Virus record (IMG/VR): IMGVR_UViG_3300047409_000475
From: an uncultured virus (IMG/VR IMGVR_UViG_3300047409_000475)
Lineage: Duplodnaviria; Heunggongvirae; Uroviricota; Caudoviricetes
Length of the DNA stretch: 64,000 nt
Direction: 5' to 3' (one strand)
Part shown: positions 55,788 through 64,000 of the stretch, one piece after another
How the letters are laid out: each line of letters begins with the position of its first letter
Position numbering within the stretch: the stretch's first letter is position 1
Notes under the pieces: model-generated
What the model was told of the DNA's origin: nothing
The model's input: only the letters and a program-made list of their open reading frames with translations
Database searches by the model: none
Program-made: the position numbers and the translations under genes

Positions 55788-56198
55788 ATGGCCACACAGA
55801 TGGACAACACGATCCACCGCAATCAGTTGGCGAAGACACACGACGACAAGGAGCAACAGCGGGTGGAGGCGGATGGCCGCGCGGGTGAACGCTACGGCGG
55901 CACCAGCGGCAAGTTCGCGGTGCCGCGCGTGCAGTCCTACGGCTTCACCAACCATGCACCCGTCGGCTCGCAGGGCGTCAACATAAACCTTGGCGGCAAC
56001 AACGACGCCGCAATGGTGATCGGCATGGAGCACCCGAAGTATAGGCCGAAAGACCTGAAAGAGGGCGAGTTCAAACTCTACGAGATGTGGGGCGGCTTCG
56101 ACCACGGCACCGAGAACGTGTGGAAGCGCAAGGTCGGCAAGGCCACCATCGAATGCTTCCGCGATGGCAAGGTGCACATCAACCGGTCGGGCGCGTGA
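55788..56198 (+). CDS. Mu gp45-like baseplate spike
   Basis: QSYGFT..P, RPKDLKEGE.KLY. Confidence 0.85.
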   Translation: MATQMDNTIHRNQLAKTHDDKEQQRVEADGRAGERYGGTSGKFAVPRVQSYGFTNHAPVGSQGVNINLGGNNDAAMVIGMEHPKYRPKDLKEGEFKLYEMWGGFDHGTENVWKRKVGKATIECFRDGKVHINRSGA

Positions 56199-56459
56199 GT
56201 GCCACTGATCCTGCGTCTCGGTGACCCCGGCTCGCACGGCGACGTGGTCTGCACGTCTGCCAAGCGCACCTACGCAGAGGACATCCTGATCGCACGGATC
56301 GGCGACATCTATTGCTGCCCGATCCACGGTCCCAATCCAATCGCCACCGGCTGCGTCCGCACTTACGTCGAAGACAAGCTGGTCGCCTTCAACGGCAGCA
56401 TGGCGACGTGCGGCGCAACGCTCACTGCAACAGCCGTCCGCACCTACGTCGAGGACTGA
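56199..56459 (+). CDS. PAAR protein
   Basis: RLGD..SHG, ARIGD..CPIHG, CGA. Confidence 0.88.
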   Translation: MPLILRLGDPGSHGDVVCTSAKRTYAEDILIARIGDIYCCPIHGPNPIATGCVRTYVEDKLVAFNGSMATCGATLTATAVRTYVED

Positions 56460-56463
56460 CCGC

Positions 56464-56916
56464 ATGAGCTACCTTGATGCACGCGTGCTCGACCGTGGAC
56501 TGGAGGTGCTGGTGCGCGAGACGACGCGCCTGCTCATCGGCCCGGCTGAGCCGACTGACTACGGCAGCGCGAAGCACGGGGCGCTCGGCTGGGTCATGCC
56601 CAGCGTCGTCGGCCCGTCGAACTACCTGCCGGTCGGCCGCAAGGTGATCGTGCTGGAGATCATCTACGGCATGGTCTTCCACGACGGTCGCGCCGCCTTC
56701 TGGTCGCTCGTTGATGACCGCGAAGGGGCGGTGCGGTTGTTGGCTGCAGGCGCGCTCGGCAACCCGCTCGACGTGGCGGCGGGCAACGCCTTCACCTTGA
56801 CCGCCTTCGAGATCGCCATCCCCGGCGCGCAGGCGGGCACCGGCACGCCGCCGATCATCGTCTCGGGCACGGTGGGCGCGACGTATCGAACGTTCGGGGG
56901 AATTGGATCGCTATGA
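56464..56916 (+). CDS. Virion-associated beta protein
   Basis: LDRGL...GNAFTLTAFEIAIP. Confidence 0.6.
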   Translation: MSYLDARVLDRGLEVLVRETTRLLIGPAEPTDYGSAKHGALGWVMPSVVGPSNYLPVGRKVIVLEIIYGMVFHDGRAAFWSLVDDREGAVRLLAAGALGNPLDVAAGNAFTLTAFEIAIPGAQAGTGTPPIIVSGTVGATYRTFGGIGSL

Positions 56917-57491
56917 GCCGCGCTCTCTGGGACACCATCTGGTCAACCGATCCGGCGCTCGGCACGGTCGGCGACTGGCAACTCCAGCCGCCACCAGACC
57001 CGGAGGGAATACCGGGGGAGCCGATAGCTGCGCCCTACGAGGTGTTCAATCCCCGCACCGGGGAGATCACGACAATGCAGCGGGTGCTCAACTCGGGCGG
57101 CCTCGCCAACGTCGATCCGATTGGCACCGCCGTGCTGCTGTGTATCGCCTCCGACGCGCGGCTGCCTGACTGGATGGTGGGCCGCCACGGCTTCACCATC
57201 GCCGATCAACACGAGTGGCATGGTAACACAGAGGGCATTGCACCGGGCGAGGAGCCGCTCGGCTCGCTGCTGTGGACGCTGCGCCGTGCGCCGCTGTCCA
57301 ATTACACCTGCAAGCTGGCTGAGCACTTCTGCGCCGAAGCCCTGCAGGTGATGATCCGCAGCGGCGTCATCAACAATGTCGAGGTGCGTGCTGAGATCGA
57401 CAGGGGACGTGGCATGATCGCCATCGATATCAAGGTATTTGGTAAGACATACGAGCGCACCTTCCGGCACGATCTCTACGCTTTGCAATAG
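56913..57491 (+). CDS. Mu gp46-like baseplate protein
   Basis: TAVLLCIASDAR, WHGN, LGSLLWTLRR. Confidence 0.85.
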   Translation: MSRALWDTIWSTDPALGTVGDWQLQPPPDPEGIPGEPIAAPYEVFNPRTGEITTMQRVLNSGGLANVDPIGTAVLLCIASDARLPDWMVGRHGFTIADQHEWHGNTEGIAPGEEPLGSLLWTLRRAPLSNYTCKLAEHFCAEALQVMIRSGVINNVEVRAEIDRGRGMIAIDIKVFGKTYERTFRHDLYALQ

Positions 57492-57499
57492 GAACCAGC

Positions 57500-58591
57500 A
57501 TGTATACTGCGCCAAGCACAGAAGAGATCATCCAAGACCTGCGCAATTCTGTGCAGTCTGAGGTCGCTGGCACCGATCCTTGGATTTGGCCCAACAACCT
57601 CGTGCCGGTGCTGAAGGCCTTCGGGCAGGCGATGCGTATGGGCTACTTGCGCTTGGAGTATATCCACCAGCAGGCCTTCGTCACCACCGCAACCGGCGAC
57701 TACCTCGACTGGCACGGTATCCAAGCTGGTGGCCTGTCGCGCAACCCTCCCGGCTTCGCGCAAGGCTCGATCTCCTCACCAGCGGTGCTCGGTGTCGTGG
57801 TCTACGACGGCACCGCCTTCATGCGCTCCGACGGCGAGACGTTCATCAGCGTCGGCACCGTCACTGCCACCACAGCGACGCTGACGCTGTTCGTGCGCGC
57901 CTACTCGGCGGGCGAGCTCGCCAACACCGACGCGGGCGCGACCCTCACGCCACTGACGCCAATCGCCGGGGTGATAGGCTTCACTGTCGCGACCGGTGGC
58001 CTCATCGGGGGGCGCGCGGCCGAGAGCGATGACAGCTTCCGGCAGCGCATCCTGTATCGCAAGCAAAATCCCCCGCACGGCGGCACGCCTGCCGAATACA
58101 TCGAGTGGTGCCAAACCAAGGCGGGCGTGACGCGGGTGTTCGTCAAGCGCGCCACCCCGGTGCCGGGCTCGGTGACGATCTACTTTATGATGGACAGCGT
58201 CGGCAACGGACTGCCCGCCGCCAACGACATCGAGCAGATGAAGGTCATCCTGCAGACGCTGGCACCATCCGACGCCAACGTCATCGTGGCGAAGCCCGTG
58301 CCATCGGTGGTCAATGTCACGGTGCAGGCGCTGCTGCCCGACACCGCCGCAGTGCGCGACGACGTGGTGAAAGAACTGAAGGCCATGTTCATGCGCCGCG
58401 CCGAGCCCGCGAGCAGCATCGAGCCTTCGCACTTCAGCCTCGCGTGGATCAACGAGGCGGTGGCGATGGCACCCGGCTGGGTGCGCAGCCACAACTACTT
58501 TACTGACTACCCGAACAACCCCGACATCGTGATCCCGATCACCTCACCGGGCGGCATGCCGACGCTCGGCACCGTGCGGTTCATCGCATGA
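57500..58591 (+). CDS. Baseplate J/Mu gp47-like wedge protein
   Basis: ATGDYLD, ESDDSFRQR, PPHGGT..Y..W. Confidence 0.92.
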   Translation: MYTAPSTEEIIQDLRNSVQSEVAGTDPWIWPNNLVPVLKAFGQAMRMGYLRLEYIHQQAFVTTATGDYLDWHGIQAGGLSRNPPGFAQGSISSPAVLGVVVYDGTAFMRSDGETFISVGTVTATTATLTLFVRAYSAGELANTDAGATLTPLTPIAGVIGFTVATGGLIGGRAAESDDSFRQRILYRKQNPPHGGTPAEYIEWCQTKAGVTRVFVKRATPVPGSVTIYFMMDSVGNGLPAANDIEQMKVILQTLAPSDANVIVAKPVPSVVNVTVQALLPDTAAVRDDVVKELKAMFMRRAEPASSIEPSHFSLAWINEAVAMAPGWVRSHNYFTDYPNNPDIVIPITSPGGMPTLGTVRFIA

Positions 58592-59277
58592 GCAACGACC
58601 TCATCCCCTTGGCTGACGCCGAGCTCGCTCCCTACGCTGCCGACTGGGAGCCTGCGCCGCAGGAGCTAGAGGGCGATCCGGTCCCGTCCGACTACACGTT
58701 CTGCCCTGACCACGACGATTGCTTTCTCGCGCTGATGAACCTGCTGCCGCGCGGCACGGCGTGGGACAACACCGAGACGAGCTACGAGCGCGGCAGTGTC
58801 ATCCGGCAGTTCATGTCGGGGCTCGCATTGTCATGGCTGCGCTACGAAGACGCCATGTGCATCAGCCTCGACGAGTGGATTTGCTCCACGTCGGACGAAG
58901 ACCTCGACCTGTGGGCCGCCGACTTTGGTATTCCAGATGAGTGCGACATATACAATATGTCGCTGTGCGCCAAAGTTCAGCACAGTGTGGGTGCAATACC
59001 GACGGCCAAATATCTGTTAGACCTGTTGGCTGCCAATGGTTACACCGCAACAGGCCGCTGGCTGACCGGGCACGATACTCAATATCCCAACGTCTATTCA
59101 ACCTTCCACGTGGTGATCAACACCGGCATGTCGCCTGCATTCAAGCAGGGCTCGGTGCTCAACTTCAAGCTTGGGCACAACGTCAAGCTCGGCCTCGCCA
59201 CGCTCGAAGAGATCGACTGCATGCTCGAACGCTATGTCCCCGCGCACTGCAAGGTGGACATGGCGGTAACGACCTAG
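58588..59277 (+). CDS. Mu gp48/DUF2313-like baseplate protein
   Basis: LLPRGTAW, W..DFGIPD, PAH. Confidence 0.85.
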   Translation: MSNDLIPLADAELAPYAADWEPAPQELEGDPVPSDYTFCPDHDDCFLALMNLLPRGTAWDNTETSYERGSVIRQFMSGLALSWLRYEDAMCISLDEWICSTSDEDLDLWAADFGIPDECDIYNMSLCAKVQHSVGAIPTAKYLLDLLAANGYTATGRWLTGHDTQYPNVYSTFHVVINTGMSPAFKQGSVLNFKLGHNVKLGLATLEEIDCMLERYVPAHCKVDMAVTT

Positions 59278-59290
59278 AAAGGGACCAGCG

Positions 59291-62200
59291 ATGCCAATCG
59301 GCGTTCTCAATCCAGCCGACAAAGACCACTCGACAGCGCAGCGTCCCGTCGCGCCGGTAGGTGGTGCTGCGCAGCGCCGCTGGTATTCCGACCCGCTCAA
59401 CACTGAAATTCGCGACCACGACTTCAACGGCATCATTGCACAGATCAGGCACGTCATCGACCACTTCGCCATCACCGACGTGGAGGGCGACGACACGCTG
59501 CTCAGGCAGGCCATCGTCAAGGGCACGGCGGCACTGACTGGCAACGTCGCTGCACTGCAGGCGATCATCCCCGGTGCCGACAAGGTGCCCTACTGGTCGA
59601 GCACCTCGACCGCCTCGCTGACGACGTTCATCGCCTCGGCCTACTCGCGCGGCCTGCTGGCCAACGCCAACCTCGCGGCGTGGCAGACGGCGCTCGGCAT
59701 GACCGCCGCCACCAAGCCCAACAACATCGCCTTCGGCAACCTCGTCAGTGCCGCCAACACCATCGCCTACTTCACTTCGAACACCAGCGGCATGGCGCTG
59801 ACGCCGTTCACGCCAGTCGCACGGCAATTGCTCGACGACGCTACCTTCCCGGCGATGCGCGCGACGCTGGGGCTGGTTGGCCCCTACATCGACTTCACCA
59901 CGCTCGCCTTGCTGGGCAACCAGCCGCTGGTCTTCAACGGCGGGCAAGTCACCTCCAATACCAGCATCCCCGTCCCGACGCTGGTCCTGACGATCAAAAG
60001 CGGCGCAGCCACCACCGGCTACATCGGCATGTCGGCGGCACCCGGCGGCTTCGATAGTTCGAAGGGTGCCAACATCGTCCTCTACGGTGGCACGCATGCG
60101 ACCAATGCTGGCGACCTCGCGCTGCACAGCGGCAGCATGCCGGGTGCGCAAATCCTTCTCAACGGCGTGCCGATCAGCCCGTTCGCCACCAGCACCAACG
60201 CCGCCAACCTGACCGGCACGCTGCCAATCGCGGTCATCGCCACGGCCTCGATCCCCTACACCAAGCTCGGGGTGATCGCCAGCGACCGCATCCTCGGCAA
60301 CGTCAGCGGTGCCAACGCCTCGCCGATCCCGCTCACCGCCGCGCAGGTGCGGGACATGCTCGACCTGTCCGGGTCAGGTGACGGCACGCTGGCCAAGATC
60401 GCCACCACCGGCAGCGCCACCGACTTGTCATCCGGCCTCATCCCGGCGGCCCGCTATCAGGTGGCCACGATTGCGCTGAGCAAGCTGGTGGTGATCCCCA
60501 CCGACACCATCCTCGGCAACACCAACGCCAACCCCGCCTCGCCGCTGGCGCTGACCGTGGCTGAGGTGCGCGCCATGCTCGGGGTTACGGCTGGCGTCAC
60601 GCTGGCTCCCATCGCCACCTCGGGCAGCGCCGCGCACCTGACCAGCGGCTTCATCCCGGCGGCCCGCTATCAGGCCGCCACGATCCCGCTGGCGGCGCTG
60701 CACGTCATCCCCGCCGACACCATGCTCGGCAACACCCTCACCTCACCCGCCGCGCCGGTAGCGCTCACCGTGACCGAGATACGTGCGATGCTCGGCATCG
60801 CGGCTGGCTCGGTGCCGCTGGCCGAGATCGCCACTTCGGGCGACGCCTCCGACCTGATCGCGGGCATCATCCCTGCCGCACGCTACGGCACGGGCAGCAT
60901 CGCGCTCAACAAGCTGGTCGTCCTGCCGGTCGATACCATCCTCGGCAACACCGCCACCACGCCTGCCGCACCGGTCGCGCTGACCGTTGCACAGGTGAAG
61001 ACGATGCTCGGCCTCGATACGCTGGGCGGGCAGTTGGCACTCATCGCGAGCTCGGGCAGCGCCGCCGACCTGATCGTCGGCCTCATCCCCGCCAACCGCT
61101 ACGGCGCAGCCACGATCCCGCTGAGCAAGCTGGTGGTGATCTCCACCGACCACATCCTCGGCAACGTCAGCGGCAACAACCTGTCGCCCTATCCGCTCAC
61201 CCCCACGCAGGTGAAGACGATGCTCGGCATCGCCACGCCGGGGGCGGGCTTGGCGACCATCGCTGTCACCGGCAGCGCCGCCGATCTGGTGACCGGCACC
61301 ATCCCGCAAGCCCGCTACGGCACCGGCACCATTCCGCTGAGCAAGATGGTCGTGATCCCCACCGACCACATCATCGGCAACGTCAGCGGCGGCAACCTGA
61401 CGGCCTACCCGCTGACCGTGGCGCAGGTGCGCGAGATGCTCAACCTCGGCGGCGCGACCGGCCCGCTCGCCGCCATCGCCACGTCAGGCAGCGCCGCTGA
61501 TCTGGTGACCGGCGTCATCAACACGTCGCGCTACGGCACCGCCTCGATTGGCTACAACAAGCTGGCGCTGATCGCAGCCCACACCATCCTCGGCAACACT
61601 ACGGTCAACCTCGGCCCACCCGTCGCGCTGACCGTGGCTGAGGTCAAGGTGATGCTTGGCATCGACACGGCGGCTGGGCTGGCAGCCATTGCCGCCTCGG
61701 GCAGCGCCGCCGACCTGATCGCGGGCATCATCCCGGCAGCGCGCTACGGCACGGGCACCATCGCGTGGACCAAGCTGGCGATCATGCCGGTCGATACGCT
61801 GCTCGGCAACACTGCCGCCAATCCAGCCGCGCCGGTCGCGTTGACCGTGGCCGATGTCAAGCTGATGCTCGGCATCGCCAGTCTTGGCAGCAATCTGGCG
61901 GTTATCGCCACTTCTGGCAGTGCCACCGATCTGATCGCAGGCATCATCCCGGCGGCGCGCATCGGTGTCGGCGAGATCGCGCTGAACAAGATCACGGTGA
62001 TCTCGGCAGCCACCATCCTCGGCAACAACGGTGCAGCCGCTGCCTCGCCGAAGGCGCTGACCGTGTCTGAAGTGAAGGCGATGCTCGGTGTCACGGCGGG
62101 CACTGTGCTGGCACCTATCGCCACCTCGGGCAGTGCCGCCGATCTGACCGCAGGCGTCATCGCTGCGGCGCGCTTCGGTGTAGCCACGATAGGGCTGACC

Positions 62201-64000
62201 AAGCTACAGGCGATTGGTGCCGACACCATCCTCGGCAACACGACTGGAGCGAGCGCCTCACCGGTCGCCCTCACGGTGGCTGAGGTGCGGACGATGCTCA
62301 ACCTCGGCGGTTCGACTGGCACTTTGGCCACCATCGCCACCTCTGGCAGCGCCGCCGATCTGATCGCAGGCGTCGTTCCCGCCGCCCGCCTCGGCGCTGG
62401 CACGATAGCGCTGAGCAAGCTGGTGGTGATCCCAACCCACACCATCATCGGCAATGACGGGGCAGCGGCTGCTGAACCGCAGGCGTTGACGGTGGCTGAG
62501 GTCAAGACGATGCTCGGCATCGCGACGCTGGGCAGCAATCTGGCAGTCATCGCCACGTCAGGCAGCGCTGACGATCTGGTGGTAGGCACCATCCCCGCAG
62601 GACGCTACGCGGCAGGCACCATCGCGCTCAGCAGGCTGTCGGTGATCGCGCCCAACATGCTGCTTGGCAACGCCGGGACCGCGAACGCTTCGCCTGCCGC
62701 GCTGACCGTTGCACAGGTCAGGACGATGTTGAACCTCGGTGGCTCGACCGGGACACTGGCGGCCATCGCCACGTCAGGCAGCGCCAACGACCTGATTGCA
62801 GGCTTCATCCCCGGCGCTCGCTTCGCTGACCACACGATCCTGCTCGCCAAGCTGGCGCTGATCCCGCCTGACACCATCGTCGGCAATACGTTGACGGTCA
62901 ACGCAGTGCCGATCCCGCTGACGGTGGCTGAGGTGCGGACGATGCTCAACCTTGGTGGCTCGACCGGGCAACTGGCGGCTATCGCCACCTCGGGCAGCGC
63001 CACTGATCTGGTGACCGGCACCATCAATGTGCTGCGCATCGCCGACCGTTCGCTGACGGTCACCAAGCTGGCGGTGATGGCTGCCAACACCATCCTCGGC
63101 AACAACACCGGGGCCGCAGTGTCGCCTATCGCCCTCACCGTCGCTGAGGTGAAGGCGATGCTCGGGGTCACGGCTGGGACCACACTGGCTCCCATCGCCA
63201 CTTCCGGCAGTGCAGCGCACCTGACGACCGGCGTCATTCCGGCTGCGAGATATGGCGCGGCCACGATCCCGCTGACCGCGATGGTCGTCATCGCCCCAGC
63301 CACCATCCTCGGCAACAACACGGCGGCGAACGCCGCGCCTCTCGCGCTGACCGCTGCGGCAGCGAAGACCCTGCTCGGGCTGGCCGCCATCGCCTCGTCT
63401 GGCGACGCCTCGCACCTCATCGCGGGCCTCCTCCCGGCGGCGCGCTTCGCGGTCGCCTCGATTGGCTTCAACAAGCTGGTGGCGCTCCCCACGCTCACGC
63501 TGCTCGGCAACAACACGGCGGGGACCGCACCTGCACAACCCCTCACCGTGGCACAGGTGAAGGCGATGCTTGGGGTCACGGCGGGCACCACGCTGGCGAA
63601 GATCGCCACATCGGGCAGCGCCACTGACCTGATCACTGGCACGCTGCCGCTCGCCACCCTGCCGGTCAACTACATCCCGTTCGCGCGCATGCAATACATC
63701 GCGGCGGCGCGCGTCATGGGCAACGTCACCACGGTCACCGGGCCGTGCGAGACGGTGAGCCTGCCGCAACTGAGCGGCGCGATGGGCCTGAAGCAATTCG
63801 CCACCAGCACCGACTTGGTGCACGCGACCGGCACGCTGAGCGAAGCACGTATCGCCAACGGCTCACTGATACTGGCGAAGCTGGTCAACATCGAAGCCGA
63901 CCGCCTCATCGGCAACAACAACGCCAGCGGCGGTGCCGCTGCCGCGCCGAAGGTGCTCTCGTCGCCACAGGTGGCGGCCATGCTGAAGCTCGGTGCATGG
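59291..64000 (+). CDS. Long tail fibre (runs off window end)
   Basis: ATG at 59291; MPIGVLNP...FNGIIAQIRHVI...DDTLLRQAI; frame 2 reads open by inspection. Confidence 0.85.
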   Translation, partial: MPIGVLNPADKDHSTAQRPVAPVGGAAQRRWYSDPLNTEIRDHDFNGIIAQIRHVIDHFAITDVEGDDTLLRQAIVKGTAALTGNVAALQAIIPGADKVPYWSSTSTASLTTFIASAYSRGLLANANLAAWQTALGMTAATKPNNIAFGNLVSAANTIAYFTSNTSGMALTPFTPVARQLLDDATFPAMRATLGLVGPYIDFTTLALLGNQPLVFNGGQVTSNTSIPVPTLVLTIKSGAATTGYIGMSAAPGGFDSSKGANIVLYGGTHATNAGDLALHSGSMPGAQILLNGVPISPFATSTNAANLTGTLPIAVIATASIPYTKLGVIASDRILGNVSGANASPIPLTAAQVRDMLDLSGSGDGTLAKIATTGSATDLSSGLIPAARYQVATIALSKLVVIPTDTILGNTNANPASPLALTVAEVRAMLGVTAGVTLAPIATSGSAAHLTSGFIPAARYQAATIPLAALHVIPADTMLGNTLTSPAAPVALTVTEIRAMLGIAAGSVPLAEIATSGDASDLIAGIIPAARYGTGSIALNKLVVLPVDTILGNTATTPAAPVALTVAQVKTMLGLDTLGGQLALIASSGSAADLIVGLIPANRYGAATIPLSKLVVISTDHILGNVSGNNLSPYPLTPTQVKTMLGIATPGAGLATIAVTGSAADLVTGTIPQARYGTGTIPLSKMVVIPTDHIIGNVSGGNLTAYPLTVAQVREMLNLGGATGPLAAIATSGSAADLVTGVINTSRYGTASIGYNKLALIAAHTILGNTTVNLGPPVALTVAEVKVMLGIDTAAGLAAIAASGSAADLIAGIIPAARYGTGTIAWTKLAIMPVDTLLGNTAANPAAPVALTVADVKLMLGIASLGSNLAVIATSGSATDLIAGIIPAARIGVGEIALNKITVISAATILGNNGAAAASPKALTVSEVKAMLGVTAGTVLAPIATSGSAADLTAGVIAAARFGVATIGLTKLQAIGADTILGNTTGASASPVALTVAEVRTMLNLGGSTGTLATIATSGSAADLIAGVVPAARLGAGTIALSKLVVIPTHTIIGNDGAAAAEPQALTVAEVKTMLGIATLGSNLAVIATSGSADDLVVGTIPAGRYAAGTIALSRLSVIAPNMLLGNAGTANASPAALTVAQVRTMLNLGGSTGTLAAIATSGSANDLIAGFIPGARFADHTILLAKLALIPPDTIVGNTLTVNAVPIPLTVAEVRTMLNLGGSTGQLAAIATSGSATDLVTGTINVLRIADRSLTVTKLAVMAANTILGNNTGAAVSPIALTVAEVKAMLGVTAGTTLAPIATSGSAAHLTTGVIPAARYGAATIPLTAMVVIAPATILGNNTAANAAPLALTAAAAKTLLGLAAIASSGDASHLIAGLLPAARFAVASIGFNKLVALPTLTLLGNNTAGTAPAQPLTVAQVKAMLGVTAGTTLAKIATSGSATDLITGTLPLATLPVNYIPFARMQYIAAARVMGNVTTVTGPCETVSLPQLSGAMGLKQFATSTDLVHATGTLSEARIANGSLILAKLVNIEADRLIGNNNASGGAAAAPKVLSSPQVAAMLKLGAW
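60190..64000 (+). repeat. ~18 tandem ~72-aa repeats in the tail fibre
   Basis: IATSGSAxDL..GxIP.AR...KL...TILGN...ALTVAEVKxML, period mostly ~213-219 nt. Confidence 0.9.

Noticed and set aside
60190..64000. CRISPR array or DGR template/variable repeats
   Set aside because: Repeats are in-frame and diverge at synonymous positions; no spacers, cas genes or reverse transcriptase in the window
1..64000. Prophage boundary, integrase or Mu-type transposase
   Set aside because: None recognised in this window; lifestyle cannot be determined

Overview
This is a 64 kb stretch of a GC-rich tailed dsDNA phage with a Mu-like contractile tail. A GcrA homologue, a DUF3309 protein and apparent GANTC depletion point to an alphaproteobacterial host. 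Almost all genes are on the + strand, in this order: replication/recombination (DnaB-like helicase, SNF2 helicase, resolvase, SbcD/SbcC, primase); small early genes sharing one translation-initiation cassette; tRNA-Val(TAC); a Gp49/Acb4-like protein; a beta-helix protein; NusG-like; TerS, GcrA, TerL; a structured intergenic RNA; lysis genes; head genes (DUF1073 portal, MuF, DUF2213 protease, DUF2184 capsid); neck, tail and baseplate; and a repeat-built tail fibre that runs off the window. The standout feature is the portal gene. It continues, through a -1 frame change at a C_CCT_TTC heptamer (or a 1-nt indel), into a ~2,800-aa polyprotein. Five recurring Asp-led, Gly-tailed tags separate its enzyme cargo: a TrxB-like flavoprotein without CxxC, a ParB-like domain, an unknown domain, two ADP-ribosyltransferase-like domains and a glycosylase-like domain. 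This looks like a portal-anchored, protease-processed system for loading and injecting proteins. All family assignments come from motif recognition by eye; no searches were run.
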